This document shows positions 1-10,063 of a DNA stretch of 64,000 nt, one piece after another. The notes beneath the pieces were generated by a model that did not search any database, was not told the origin of the DNA, and saw only the letters and a list, made by a program, of their open reading frames with translations. The translations under genes and the position numbers were made by a program. The stretch comes from Candidatus Latescibacterota bacterium (lineage in GTDB: Bacteria; Latescibacterota; UBA2968; UBA8231), in the NCBI GenBank assembly GCA_964291625.2, contig OZ220089.1, forward strand, positions 3,424,001 through 3,488,000, in the 5' to 3' direction. How positions within the stretch are numbered: position 1 is the first letter of the stretch; each line of letters starts with the position of its first letter.

Positions 1-1846
1 TGAGCAGGGGCAGGGCGAAGCGCCGCGTGGTATCCACCAGCTCGCGGAAGCCGGCGACCTCGATCTGCCCGTGCTCCCGCAGGTAGGCGACGAGGTCCGA
101 CTCGATCCGCTCCAGCACCCCGGCGTCGAAGAGGAGGCCGTCCCGCAGCCGCACGAGGTCGCCGCGCTCCTGCATGACGGCGACCACGGCCTCCACCTCC
201 GCCGCCGGCCGGCCCAGCCTCCCGGGCAGCTCCCCCTCGTCCGGAGGCCGGGCGCCGCCGTCCCGCAGGGCCTGGCCGATCGCCTGCCGCAGCGCCTCCT
301 GCTCAGCCGTCAGCTCGACCCGGTGCCCGGGCAGGGACAGCCGCCCGGCCTCCAGGCGCACCCGGCCGACCGCGGCCAGGGACTCCGCCACCGCCTGGAA
401 GACGGCGGCCTCGGGATCGCCGCCGGTGCGCCGGTTCAGCTCCTCCCGGGATACCGCCGGCTGCAGGGGCTGCTCCTCGTGGAATGCGGCCAGCGCCGCC
501 AGGATCTCCTCCCCCAGGCGCTCCCAGGCGCCGACGTGCACGAAGCGCCGCCGGCCCGCCTGCTCGAAGTCGACGCAGGCGCCGCGGTCGCGCAGCTCCC
601 TCAGCCTCGCCTCCACCTCGGCGACGCTCCTTCCCAGAACAGGGGCGAGGTCCGACCCCGAGTTGCTGCCGGCGCCGGCGTCGAGCAACAGGGACTCCAG
701 GACCGCCCCGGGATCCTCCGTCTGCAGGCGCCGCAGCTGCTCCAGCACCTCGGGGCGCCGCCGCCGCTGTGGTCGCGCCCGGGGATGGAGGACGGAGCCG
801 CCGGCGATGGTGCGGGCCGGCGAGTAGCGGCGCGCCACGAAGCGGTCCCCGTGGGCGGCCACCCCCGGCCTCTCCAGCCGGAGCTGCACGAAGCCGCTCT
901 CGCCGGGGGCCAGGACGTCGGCGTCGAGCAGCACCACCCGCCCCAGGACCTCCCCCGGCCCCAGGTGGAGGCGCAGGCGGTCCCGGTGCTTCAGGACCGC
1001 CGGGGCGTCGGGGAGCATCCGCAGGTGGGCGTCGATCAGGCTCGTGGCCTCGAAGAACCCCGGCTCGGCCAGGGTGTCGCCGCGGGCGACGTCGTCGACG
1101 TCGACGTCGGACAGGTTCACGGCGGCGCGGTCCCCGGGCCCCGCCGCGGCCACGTCGCGGCCGTGGATCTGCACCCCCCGCACGCGCACCGGACGGCCCC
1201 GCGGCTGCAGGACCAGCTCGTCCCGGGGCCGCACCGAGCCGGCCAGGACGGTGCCGGTCACCACCGTGCCGAAGCCGCTCATGGAGAAGGCGCGGTCCAC
1301 GGGCAGGCGCAGGGCGCCCCGGTCGGGGCGTTCCCCGACGCCGGCGACGCGCGCCTCCAGCAGCTCCCGCAGGCGGTCGATCCCGTCGCCGGTCACCGAG
1401 GAGACGGGGAGGATCTCGGCCGTCTCGAGGAAGGTGCCGGCGAGCAGCTCGCGCAGGTCCTCGACGACCATCTCCACCCACTCCGGCTCCACCAGGTCGG
1501 TCTTGGTGAGGGCCACGATCCCGTCGCTCACCCCGAGGAGGCGGAGGATGGCGAGGTGCTCCCGCGTCTGGGGCATGACGCCGTCGTCGGCGGCGACCAC
1601 GAAGAGGGCGAGGTCGACGGAGCTGACGCCGGCCACCGCGTTCTTGACGAAGCGCTCGTGGCCGGGCACGTCGATGAGGGTGACGCCCTCCCTCCAGTAG
1701 GCGAAGCCCACGTCGATGGTCAGCCCCCGGGCCCGCTCCTGCGGGTGGGTGTCGGTCTCGATGCCGGTGAGGGCCTTCACCAGGGCGGTCTTGCCGTGGT
1801 CGATGTGGCCCGCCGTGCCGATGATGACGTGGCGGTCCTCGGTCAC
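1..1846 (-). CDS. selB: Selenocysteine-specific translation elongation factor (3' end runs off the window)
   Basis: Manual translation from GTG at 1846 gives MTEDRHVIIGTAGHIDHGKTALVKALTGIETDTHPQERARGLTIDVGFAY..., the SelB G-domain start. It overlaps the selA stop (GTGA). Absent from the ORF track because the stop lies outside the window. Confidence 0.95.
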   Translation of the reverse strand, partial: MTEDRHVIIGTAGHIDHGKTALVKALTGIETDTHPQERARGLTIDVGFAYWREGVTLIDVPGHERFVKNAVAGVSSVDLALFVVAADDGVMPQTREHLAILRLLGVSDGIVALTKTDLVEPEWVEMVVEDLRELLAGTFLETAEILPVSSVTGDGIDRLRELLEARVAGVGERPDRGALRLPVDRAFSMSGFGTVVTGTVLAGSVRPRDELVLQPRGRPVRVRGVQIHGRDVAAAGPGDRAAVNLSDVDVDDVARGDTLAEPGFFEATSLIDAHLRMLPDAPAVLKHRDRLRLHLGPGEVLGRVVLLDADVLAPGESGFVQLRLERPGVAAHGDRFVARRYSPARTIAGGSVLHPRARPQRRRRPEVLEQLRRLQTEDPGAVLESLLLDAGAGSNSGSDLAPVLGRSVAEVEARLRELRDRGACVDFEQAGRRRFVHVGAWERLGEEILAALAAFHEEQPLQPAVSREELNRRTGGDPEAAVFQAVAESLAAVGRVRLEAGRLSLPGHRVELTAEQEALRQAIGQALRDGGARPPDEGELPGRLGRPAAEVEAVVAVMQERGDLVRLRDGLLFDAGVLERIESDLVAYLREHGQIEVAGFRELVDTTRRFALPLL

Positions 1847-3251
1847 GGCGGGACCGAGGCGCGGCGCAGGGCCGCCTCGAGGATGGCGATCTCGGCGGCG
1901 GCGACGGTGCGCAGGTCGAGGTGCAGGCGGTCGCCGCGCACGTACCCGAGGACCGGCGGGTCGTGCCGCCGCAGGCGCGCCGCCAGCTCCTCCACCGCAA
2001 GGGCCGGGGCTTCACGGCGAGGGCGGCGCTCGGGATCTCCTCCAGGGGCAGGGAGCCGCTGCCGGCCTGGGCCCGCGAGTCGATCACCTCGATGAGCCAG
2101 CCCGCCTCCCGGAGATCGGTTAGACGGCCGCGCAGGCGGCCCCCGCGGCGCTTGAGGGTGGACACCGGCACGGTGAGCCGGCTGAGCACCGGGTGCTCGG
2201 CCAGCAGCCGCGAGCGGTCGAGATAGAGGCGCAGGGTGGCCTCCAGGGCCGCGTAGGTCAGCTTGCCGCAGCGCAGGGCCCGCATCAGCGGGTTGGTGCG
2301 GATGCGGTCGACGCTCTCCCGGCGGCCGACGATCAGACCGGCCTGGGGGCCGCCGAGGACCTTGTCGCCGCTGAAGGTCACCACGTCGGCGCCGGCGCTC
2401 ACGCTGTCGGCCACCAGCGGCTCGGCGGGCAGGCCGAGTGCCGCCAGGTCGATGAGGGCGCCGCCGCCGAGGTCCCGCGCCACCGGCAGGCCGCGCCGGC
2501 GGCCGAGGGCGGCCAGATCCTCCAGGGGCACGGAGGCGGTGAACCCGAGGACGCGGTAGTTGCTGGTGTGGGCGTCGAGGAGCAGCCCCGTGCCCTCGCC
2601 GATCGCCGCCTCGTAGTCGGAGAGGTGGGTGCGGTTGGTGGTGCCCACCTCCACGGGGACCGCGCCGCTGCGCTCCATCACGTCGGGCAGGCGGAAGGAG
2701 CCGCCGATCTCGATCAGCTGGCCCCGGGAGACCACGACCTCGCGGCCCAGGGCGAGGCTGTTGAGGGTGATCAGCACCGCGGCGGCGTTGTTGTTGACCA
2801 CGGCCGCCGCCTCGGCGCCGGTCAGCTCGCAGAGCAGCTCCTCGACGATGCGGTGGCGGCTGCCGCGCCCGCCGGTCTCCAGGTCGATCTCCAGGCCGCA
2901 GTAGCCGGAGGCGGTCTCGGCGATGCGGCGGAGGGCGTCTGCGGTCAGGGGGGCGCGGCCGAGGTTGGTGTGCAGGACGATGCCGGTGGCGTTGACCACC
3001 GCGCCGAGGCGGGGGGCGAGCTTGCGGTCGAGGCCCTCGCGGACGGCGGCCACGGCGAGCTCGATCAGCTTCGGCCGGTCCGCGGGGGCGCGCCCCTCCA
3101 GCAGGTCTTCGCGCAGCCGGGCGAGGGAGTCCCGCACCAGGCCGGCCAGGACGCGGCGGTCGCAGCGGTCCTCCAGCCCGGCGACCCGGGGGTCGTCGAG
3201 GACGCGGTCCACCGGCGGCAGGGGGGACAGCGCTGTCTTGGAGGAGGTCAC
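1843..3251 (-). CDS. selA: L-seryl-tRNA(Sec) selenium transferase; one frameshift near 2005 (likely homopolymer error)
   Basis: Motifs VVNATGIVLHTNLGRAPL, VVNNNAAAV, SRGQLIEIGGSFRLP, EVGTTNRTH and FSGDKVLGGPQAG lie in ORF 303..5006. The C-terminus (LAARLRRHDPPVLGYVRGDRLHLDLRTV) continues in the frame of ORF 1843..3360. Confidence 0.93.
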
Positions 3252-3485
3252 GGGGGGAGTCGGCAGATCCCGGGGCCGGGGAGCCCGGCGCCCGGGGCGA
3301 GGATACTCGACGCCCCCGCGGGCGGCAAGCCCGGAGAGGGTTGCGGCCGGCGCGGTCCACGGCGAACCGCGGCCGGCTCTTGAGCGGACCGGCCGCTGGA
3401 GGCCGGCTTCCCTTGTGCGCGGCGTCTCCGGGCCTCTCTCTTTCCGCTGCGCGGCGAACGCACCCCGACCCGAGGAGGGACAGCC

Positions 3486-4961
3486 ATGGCCGACGCAGGG
3501 CGCCGACCGAACGTGCTGCTCATCTGCACCGACCACTGGAGCGGGCTGCTGACGCGGCCGGCCGGGCACCCGGTGGTGATGACGCCCACGGTGGAGCAGA
3601 TGAGCCGCAACGGCGTCACCTTCGAGCAGGCCTACTCGGCCTGCCCCTCCTGCATCCCGGCGCGGCGCTCGCTGATGACGGGGATGAACGCCCGCTCCCA
3701 CGGGGACCGGACCTTCATGGACAAGAACCCCCTGCCCGACGCGCCGACCCTGGCCGGCTGCTTCCGCGAGGGCGGCTACCAGACCTACTGCGTGGGCAAG
3801 CTCCACGTATACCCCCAGCGCGACCGGGTCGGGTTCGACGAGGTGATTCTGGAGGAGCAGGGCCGCCACCAGTACGACGGCCGCGCCGACGACTGGGAGA
3901 TCTTCCTCGCCGAGCGCGGCCACGCCGGCATGGAGTACGCCGGCGGCATGTGCCACAACGACTTCCTGGCGCGGCCCTGGCACCTGCCCGAGGACTGCCA
4001 CCCCGTCAACTGGGCGGTGCGCCAGATGTCGAAGGCGATCCATCGGCGGGACCCGCGCAAGCCGGGGTTCTGGTACCTCTCGTTCTCTGCGCCCCATCCG
4101 CCGATGACGCCGCTTCGGGAGTACCTCGACATCTACCAGGACGTGGAGATCGACCGGCCGTCGACGGGGGACTGGTCCGCCGATCCGTCGCGGCTGCCCT
4201 ACACCCTCCGCTGCCGCAACGAGAACATGAGCGCCATGGTGGGGGCGCCCTGGCACGAGCAGCGCCTGGCGCGGCGCGCCTTCTACGCCACCCTCACCCA
4301 CATCGACAACCAGATGCGGCTCATGGTCGGCCTCCTGCGCGAGCAGGGGCTCCTCGACGACACGATCATCGCCTTCACCTCCGACCACGGCCACATGATC
4401 GGCGAGCACGGCCTGTGGTGCATGACCCCCCTCTACGAGATGTCGGCCAAGATCCCCCTCATCATCGTGCCGCCCCGCGGCGAGGAGCGGCTCGTTCCCG
4501 GGACGCGGGACACCCGGCTGGCCGAGTTCGGCGACCTCATGCCGACGCTCCTCGACCTGTGCGGGCTGCCGGTCCCGGCCACCGCCGACGGCCTCTCCCT
4601 GGCCGGGGAGGAGCGGCGCGACCACCTCTACGGGGAACACTTCGAAGGCGGGATGGCGACGCGCATGATCCGCGCCGGCCGCTACAAGCTGATCTATTAT
4701 GCCGCCGGCAACCGCTCGCAGCTCTTCGACCTGGAGACCGACCCGCGGGAGACGCGGGACCTGGCCCCCGATCCCGCTTGCGCCGACGACTTGAGGCGCC
4801 TGCAGGGACTGCTGATTGGCGAGCTCTACGGCGGCGACGAGGACTGGGTCCGGGACGGCGAGCTGGTGGGCCTGCCCGAGCCGGACTTCGACGCCACCTC
4901 CCGGCGCGCCATGGTCCCCCCCAAGGGGATGGGGAACCAGCGCGGCCTGCGGTTCGTGTGA
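3486..4961 (+). CDS. Sulfatase (formylglycine-dependent, choline-sulfatase-like)
   Basis: PNVLLICTDH, CIPARRSLMTG (CxPxR), GKLH, FTSDHG motifs; GAGG RBS upstream. Confidence 0.92.
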   Translation: MADAGRRPNVLLICTDHWSGLLTRPAGHPVVMTPTVEQMSRNGVTFEQAYSACPSCIPARRSLMTGMNARSHGDRTFMDKNPLPDAPTLAGCFREGGYQTYCVGKLHVYPQRDRVGFDEVILEEQGRHQYDGRADDWEIFLAERGHAGMEYAGGMCHNDFLARPWHLPEDCHPVNWAVRQMSKAIHRRDPRKPGFWYLSFSAPHPPMTPLREYLDIYQDVEIDRPSTGDWSADPSRLPYTLRCRNENMSAMVGAPWHEQRLARRAFYATLTHIDNQMRLMVGLLREQGLLDDTIIAFTSDHGHMIGEHGLWCMTPLYEMSAKIPLIIVPPRGEERLVPGTRDTRLAEFGDLMPTLLDLCGLPVPATADGLSLAGEERRDHLYGEHFEGGMATRMIRAGRYKLIYYAAGNRSQLFDLETDPRETRDLAPDPACADDLRRLQGLLIGELYGGDEDWVRDGELVGLPEPDFDATSRRAMVPPKGMGNQRGLRFV

Positions 4962-4978
4962 GTCCTGAGAGGATTCCC

Positions 4979-6640
4979 ATGGGCTCGACCATGCTTTCCG
5001 CCGCATTCGTCACCATCCTGCTGTGGATGTGCGGCTGCGGATCGAGGCCTGCCGAGGGGCCCGTGCAGCCGGACCGCGAGGCTGGCGAGGTGACCTTCGC
5101 CGACACGGGACTGACGACGGCGGTCGCCAGGGCCCTGGTCGTCGAGGATCGGGCCTTCAGCCAGGGCGCGCTGGCGGCCCTGACCGTGCTGAACGCAAGC
5201 GGCCACGGCGTCGAGCAACTCGACGGCATCCGGGTCCTGGGCCATCTCGAGCGGCTGACCCTGGCCGACAACCGCATCCGGGAGATCGCCCCCCTGGCCG
5301 CCCTGACCCGGTTGAAATGGCTGGATCTGAGAAACAACCGGATCCGCGATCTGTCACCCCTGAAGGACCTGCAAGACCTGCGGTACCTGGATCTCTCTCT
5401 CAACGATGTCGTCAGCATCGAGCCCCTGAGCGGGCTGGCCCGTCTGCAGACACTCATTCTGTCCCACAATCCAACGGCCGACCTGACGCCGTTGTTGGCC
5501 TTCGAGGCGATGGACTACATCGAGCTGGCCGATGCTCAGTTGTCCACCGAGGACGAAGCCCTGCTGGGCCGACTCCAGGAGAAGGGTGTAGAGGTCTTTC
5601 TGCGGCGAGAGGCTCCCGACGAGGACGAGCCCGAGCCGTCCGAGATCGGCAGGATCATCCAGACGAAGATCGCTTTCGTGGCCAACCTCGACAGCACCGG
5701 CTGGTTCGACATCTACGTGTTGGACTCGACGGGGCGTCTCCGCCGGCTGACCCATGACGAAGGGGAAGAGGGGAGGTCTCGCCGGTCCCCCCTCTCCTGG
5801 TCCCCGGACGGGACGAAGATCGCTTTCGACCGGGACGGGGATCTGTTCACCGTCGACGTGGACAGCGGGGCAGAGACAAGGCTCACACAGACCAAGGGCT
5901 GGGAGGGGGACCCGACCTGGTCGCCCGACGGCCACAGGATCGCCTACGTGGGACAGAGTCCGACCGAGATCGAGGTCCCCAGGAGAGAAGTCGGGGGCCA
6001 GATAGTCGGCGGCTTCTCCATCAAGCCCAATGAGCTCTTCGTCATGGACGCCGATGGCGGCAGTCACAGGCAGGTGACCGATGACATACTCGCGGAGCGG
6101 TCCGTCGAGTGGTCGGGTCACGACAAGCTCGTCTACTGCGTGGGCATTGGATGGCATCCCTACCCCAGGGAGAGGATCGGGGTACACGAGATCAGCCTGG
6201 ATGGCGGGACGGCGCGGATGATCACCGAGGAGCAGGACATGTCCAGCGGAATCCACGCATGGGACTACTACGATCCGGCCCTCTCACCCGACGGCCAGCG
6301 ACTGCTCCTGGTCAGGGAACGGAACATCAATACGTGGGTGGACCCGCCCGTCCTGTCCAAACGAACGGACCTGGTGCTGATCGACATCGCCACCGGCGAT
6401 CTGACCGTCCTTACCGAGGACAGCATCTTCAACGAGGTGCGGACGAGTTTCGTCAGGGCTCCGAGCTGGTCGCCCGATGGTTCCAGGATCCTCTTTGTCG
6501 CGGATGGAAATGGAAATTGGGCGGATCTGTACGTGATGGAGGCAGACGGGAGCAGCCTGATCCGGGTGATGGAGGAGAATCCACGAGACCCGGCCGGGTG
6601 GGCGAGGAGATACCTGCGCGCCAGCTGGGCGCCTAGATGA
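4979..6640 (+). CDS. Secreted/lipoprotein with internalin-like leucine-rich repeats and TolB-like PD40 beta-propeller
   Basis: Hydrophobic N-terminus with Cys (LLWMCGC). LRRs such as LERLTLADNRIREIAPL and LKWLDLRNNRIRDLSPL. Several WSPDG repeats. C-terminal part of ORF 3341..6640. Confidence 0.85.
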   Translation: MGSTMLSAAFVTILLWMCGCGSRPAEGPVQPDREAGEVTFADTGLTTAVARALVVEDRAFSQGALAALTVLNASGHGVEQLDGIRVLGHLERLTLADNRIREIAPLAALTRLKWLDLRNNRIRDLSPLKDLQDLRYLDLSLNDVVSIEPLSGLARLQTLILSHNPTADLTPLLAFEAMDYIELADAQLSTEDEALLGRLQEKGVEVFLRREAPDEDEPEPSEIGRIIQTKIAFVANLDSTGWFDIYVLDSTGRLRRLTHDEGEEGRSRRSPLSWSPDGTKIAFDRDGDLFTVDVDSGAETRLTQTKGWEGDPTWSPDGHRIAYVGQSPTEIEVPRREVGGQIVGGFSIKPNELFVMDADGGSHRQVTDDILAERSVEWSGHDKLVYCVGIGWHPYPRERIGVHEISLDGGTARMITEEQDMSSGIHAWDYYDPALSPDGQRLLLVRERNINTWVDPPVLSKRTDLVLIDIATGDLTVLTEDSIFNEVRTSFVRAPSWSPDGSRILFVADGNGNWADLYVMEADGSSLIRVMEENPRDPAGWARRYLRASWAPR

Positions 6641-7739
6641 AGAGCCGTTCGACGAAGAGGTCGCCGATACGCCGGGCCGCGGCGCCGTCCCACAACTCGG
6701 GGACGGCGCCCTTCTTGTAGTTCCCGTCCAGGATCTGATCGGTCTTGCGCTCGATCAGGTCGGCGTCGAGGTCGACCACGGTGGCCGTCCCCACCTCGAC
6801 GGTCACCGGCCGCTCGGTGGACGGACGCAGGGTCAGGCAGGGGACCCCGAAGACGGTGGACTCCTCCTGCAGGCCGGCCGAGTCCGACAACACGAGGCGC
6901 GCCTCCTTCTGCAGCCGCAGCGAATCCAGGTAACCCACCGGCTCGACGAGGCGCAGGTCTGGCGCCTGGGCCAGCCGCCCCTGGAGCCCGAAGCTCTCGA
7001 TGCGGTTGCGGGTGCGCGGATGGACGGGGAAGACCACCGGCAGGCGCCGCTGCACCCGCTCGATGGCGTCGATCGCCTGCCGCAGGCGGTCCTCGACGTC
7101 GACGTTGAAGTCCCGGTGCAGGGTGAGGTACGCGTACCCCCGCGGCTCCAGGCCGAGATCCTCCAGCACCGTCGACTTGTCCAGGGATTCCAGCGCCCGA
7201 TGCAGCGAATCCACCATCACGTTGCCGACGAAGTGGATCCGCTCCGCGGGGATGCCCTCGGCGCGCAGGTTGTCGTCGGCGTCGCGGGAGGGGGTGAACA
7301 GGACGTCGCAGACGGCGTCGGTGACGATGCGGTTGATCTCCTCCGGCATGCGGCGGTCGCGGCTGCGCAGGCCGGCCTCCACGTGGGCCACCGGGACGTG
7401 GAGCTTCACCGCGCCGAGGGCGCAGGCCATGGTGCCGGTCACGTCCCCCACGACGACGACGAGATCGGGCTCCTCCTCGATCAGGACCGGGTCGAAGGCG
7501 GCCATGATGCGCCCCGTCTGCACGCCGTGGGTCCCCGAGCCGGCCCCCAGGTGGTGGTCGGGCGGCGGCAGCTCGAGGTCGTCGAAGAACACGTCGGAGA
7601 GCAGGGAGTCGTAGTGCTGCCCGGTGTGGACCAGGCAGATGTCGAAGAGCTCCGGCCGTTCCCGCAGCCGGGCGAGGATGGGCGCCACCTTCATGAAGTT
7701 GGGCCGCGTGCTGACGACGAGGAGGATCTTGCGCTTCAT
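6633..7739 (-). CDS. wecB: UDP-N-acetylglucosamine 2-epimerase (non-hydrolysing)
   Basis: TRPNFMK, VHTGQHYD, HVEAGLRS, PEEINR, DSAGLQEE, TERP motifs. Confidence 0.95.
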   Translation of the reverse strand: MKRKILLVVSTRPNFMKVAPILARLRERPELFDICLVHTGQHYDSLLSDVFFDDLELPPPDHHLGAGSGTHGVQTGRIMAAFDPVLIEEEPDLVVVVGDVTGTMACALGAVKLHVPVAHVEAGLRSRDRRMPEEINRIVTDAVCDVLFTPSRDADDNLRAEGIPAERIHFVGNVMVDSLHRALESLDKSTVLEDLGLEPRGYAYLTLHRDFNVDVEDRLRQAIDAIERVQRRLPVVFPVHPRTRNRIESFGLQGRLAQAPDLRLVEPVGYLDSLRLQKEARLVLSDSAGLQEESTVFGVPCLTLRPSTERPVTVEVGTATVVDLDADLIERKTDQILDGNYKKGAVPELWDGAAARRIGDLFVERLFI

Positions 7740-7771
7740 GCCCCGACCTCACGCCGGACCGGGCGACGGGG

Positions 7772-7993
7772 TCAGCCCCGAGCTTCGTCGAGGTACTCGT
7801 CGACTCCAAGCCCGGTCGGCAGGCGTCCGCGGCCCCGCCACTTGCGGATCACGTCTTCGGGCTGAACCTTGCGCGCCACCAGGACTCCGTCCTCGACCTT
7901 GAGGTCCAGCACTGTCCCCGCCTCGAGCCCGAGCTCGTCGCGGCAGGACTTGGGAATCGTCACCACTCCTCCACGGCCAAGTGTCGCCTTCAT
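7772..7993 (-). CDS. AbrB/MazE/SpoVT-family DNA-binding protein (orphan antitoxin-like)
   Basis: MKATLGRGGVVTIPKSCRDELGLEAGTVLDLKVEDGVLVARK, 73 aa; ATG overlaps the aminotransferase stop. Confidence 0.85.
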   Translation of the reverse strand: MKATLGRGGVVTIPKSCRDELGLEAGTVLDLKVEDGVLVARKVQPEDVIRKWRGRGRLPTGLGVDEYLDEARG

Positions 7994-9321
7994 TCCGCCC
8001 CCAGCTCCCGCGCCGTCTCCTCCACCGCCTCGGTCACGGCGCGCACCGTGGTCTCCACCTCGTCCTCGTCGACGGTGAAGGGCGGGCTGATGGCGATGTG
8101 GTCGCCGCGGACGCCGTCCACCAGCCCCGGGGCGCCGGGCATGATCAGCACGCCGCGCTCGAAGACGCGGTCGACCACGGCGGCGGTGACGCCCCGCTCC
8201 GCGGGGAAGGGCTCCCGCGTCTGCTTGTCGGCGACGAACTCCACCCCCGTGAGCAGGCCCTTGCCGCGCACGGCCCCTACGATGGGGTTGTCCAGCAAGG
8301 GCTCGAGGCGCTCCAGCATGAGGTCGCCCATGCGGCGGCAGCGGTCCACGAGGCCGTGGGCGGCGACGTGGTCCTGCACGGCCAGGGCCACGGCGCACGA
8401 GAGGGGGTTGCCGCCGTAGGTGTGGCCGTGGACGTAGTGGTCCTGCCTCTCGTAGATGGCGTCGTAGATGCCGTCGCTCACGACGGTGGCGGCGATCGGG
8501 GTGTAGCCGCTGCTCAGGCCCTTGCCGGTGGCCAGGATGTCGGGCACCACGTCGAAGTGGTGGAAACCGAAGTCGAGGCCGGTGCGGCCGAAGCCGGTGA
8601 CCACCTCGTCGGCGATCAGGAGCACGTCGTGGCGGTCGCAGATCTCGCGGAGGGTGCGGAAGTAGTCGGGCGGCGGCGTCAGGCCGGCGCAGGAGGTGCC
8701 GAGGATCGGCTCGGCGATGAAGGCGGCGATCGTCTCGGCCCCCTCCTGCAGGATGACGCGTTCCAGGTCCTCGGCGCAGGTGAGGGCGCACTCGTCGCGG
8801 CAGTAGGGGCAGCGGTACGGGTAGCAGGGGCGGATGTGGGGGAAGTCGAGGAGGTAGGGCTCGTAGTCGCGGCGCCACGACGACCGCCCCGACATGGAGA
8901 GGGCGCCCACGGTGTTGCCGTGCCAGCTCTGCCAGCGGGAGACGATCTTGTGCTTGCCGGGGTTGCCGGTCTCGAGGTGGTACTTGCGGGCGATCTTCAT
9001 GGCCGACTCGGTCGCCTCGGAGCCGCCGGAGACGAAGAACACGCGGTTCAGGTCGCCCGGGGTCATGGCGGCGATGCGGTCGGCCAGGTCGACCTGCGGT
9101 TCGGTGAGGAAGCGCGAGTAGGTGAAGGCGACCTTGCGGGCCTGGGCCTCCATGGCCTCGGCGATCTCGGGGACCCCGTGGCCGATGCTGACCACGTGGA
9201 CGCCGGCGCAGGCGTCGAGCCAAGCGCGGCCGTCGTCGCCGTAGAGCCAGCAGCCCTCGCCGCGGGTGACGTGGAGCCAGCGGTCCTTGCGGACCCGGTG
9301 GAAGAGGCGGTCGCCGGCCAC
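7990..9321 (-). CDS. Class-III PLP-dependent aminotransferase
   Basis: SGGSEATE, SWHGNT, FIAEPI, LIADEVVTGFGRTG, PDILATGKGLSSGY, HGHTY motifs. Confidence 0.93.
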   Translation of the reverse strand: MAGDRLFHRVRKDRWLHVTRGEGCWLYGDDGRAWLDACAGVHVVSIGHGVPEIAEAMEAQARKVAFTYSRFLTEPQVDLADRIAAMTPGDLNRVFFVSGGSEATESAMKIARKYHLETGNPGKHKIVSRWQSWHGNTVGALSMSGRSSWRRDYEPYLLDFPHIRPCYPYRCPYCRDECALTCAEDLERVILQEGAETIAAFIAEPILGTSCAGLTPPPDYFRTLREICDRHDVLLIADEVVTGFGRTGLDFGFHHFDVVPDILATGKGLSSGYTPIAATVVSDGIYDAIYERQDHYVHGHTYGGNPLSCAVALAVQDHVAAHGLVDRCRRMGDLMLERLEPLLDNPIVGAVRGKGLLTGVEFVADKQTREPFPAERGVTAAVVDRVFERGVLIMPGAPGLVDGVRGDHIAISPPFTVDEDEVETTVRAVTEAVEETARELGAE

Positions 9322-9323
9322 GG

Positions 9324-10061
9324 TCAGTCCAGCAGGCCGGCGCGCAGCCGCGTCACCTCCTCCGCGGACAGGCCGATGGTGCGCACGTAGGTCTCGATCC
9401 CGCCGTATTTGCCGTTCAGGTGCTCGAGTGGGATTTCCATGGCCCTCGTGGGGGAGACCTCCCGCTGGTATTCCTCCGCGGTCCGGGGGTCGCCCTCCTC
9501 CAGGCGGTGGACCAGGAACCAGCCGCTGAGGCTGTAGTCCTCGGCGATCACTTCGTCAGGCACCCCGGCCAGGCCGAGGAGCAGGGCGGCGGTGACGCCG
9601 GTGCGGTCCTTGCCGCCGGCGCAGTTGAACAGGGCGGGCACGGCCCCGGGCGCGGCCAGGGTGCGCAGGATGTCCCGAACCTTGTCGCGGCGGTTCTCGA
9701 GCCACCCGCAGTAGAGGTCGCCGATCCACTCGGCGCCTTCGAGGGGCCGGGAGGCCTCGACGGGTCCTTCCCCGATGAAGTCCACGTGGCGGTAGGCGAC
9801 CTCCTCCGAGCCGGCGAAGACGCTGGGGTTCTCGGCCAGGTCGCTGCCGCGCCGCAGGTCGAGGACGGTGCGCAGCCCCAGGCCCAGAAGCTCCTCGCGG
9901 CCCGGCCCGGCGAGCTGGTGGAGCTTGTCGGCGCGCAGGAAGCGGCGCCACCTGGTGGTGCGGCCGTCGGCCGTCGGGTAGCCGCCGAGATCGCGGACGT
10001 TCATGGTGCCTTCGAGAGCGAGGTGCCGGCGCGGGTCCATGGGAGCGGCCATATCGCGCAC
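9324..10061 (-). CDS. Tyrosine-protein phosphatase family protein (copy 1)
   Basis: NVRDLGGY, DLR, FNCAGGKDRTG P-loop, EDYSLS. Confidence 0.9.
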   Translation of the reverse strand: MRDMAAPMDPRRHLALEGTMNVRDLGGYPTADGRTTRWRRFLRADKLHQLAGPGREELLGLGLRTVLDLRRGSDLAENPSVFAGSEEVAYRHVDFIGEGPVEASRPLEGAEWIGDLYCGWLENRRDKVRDILRTLAAPGAVPALFNCAGGKDRTGVTAALLLGLAGVPDEVIAEDYSLSGWFLVHRLEEGDPRTAEEYQREVSPTRAMEIPLEHLNGKYGGIETYVRTIGLSAEEVTRLRAGLLD

Positions 10062-10063
10062 GG

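Noticed and set aside
71-2095. 674-aa plus-strand ORF, and similar long ORFs such as 21766..25590, 28908..31652, 32038..34425 and 37278..39833
   Set aside because: Antisense or off-frame shadows of motif-bearing genes, expected in very high-GC DNA; they show no family motifs.
1-3480. selC tRNA or a selenoprotein next to selAB
   Set aside because: No tRNA-like cloverleaf or convincing in-frame UGA with SECIS was recognised by eye; tRNAscan-SE would settle it.
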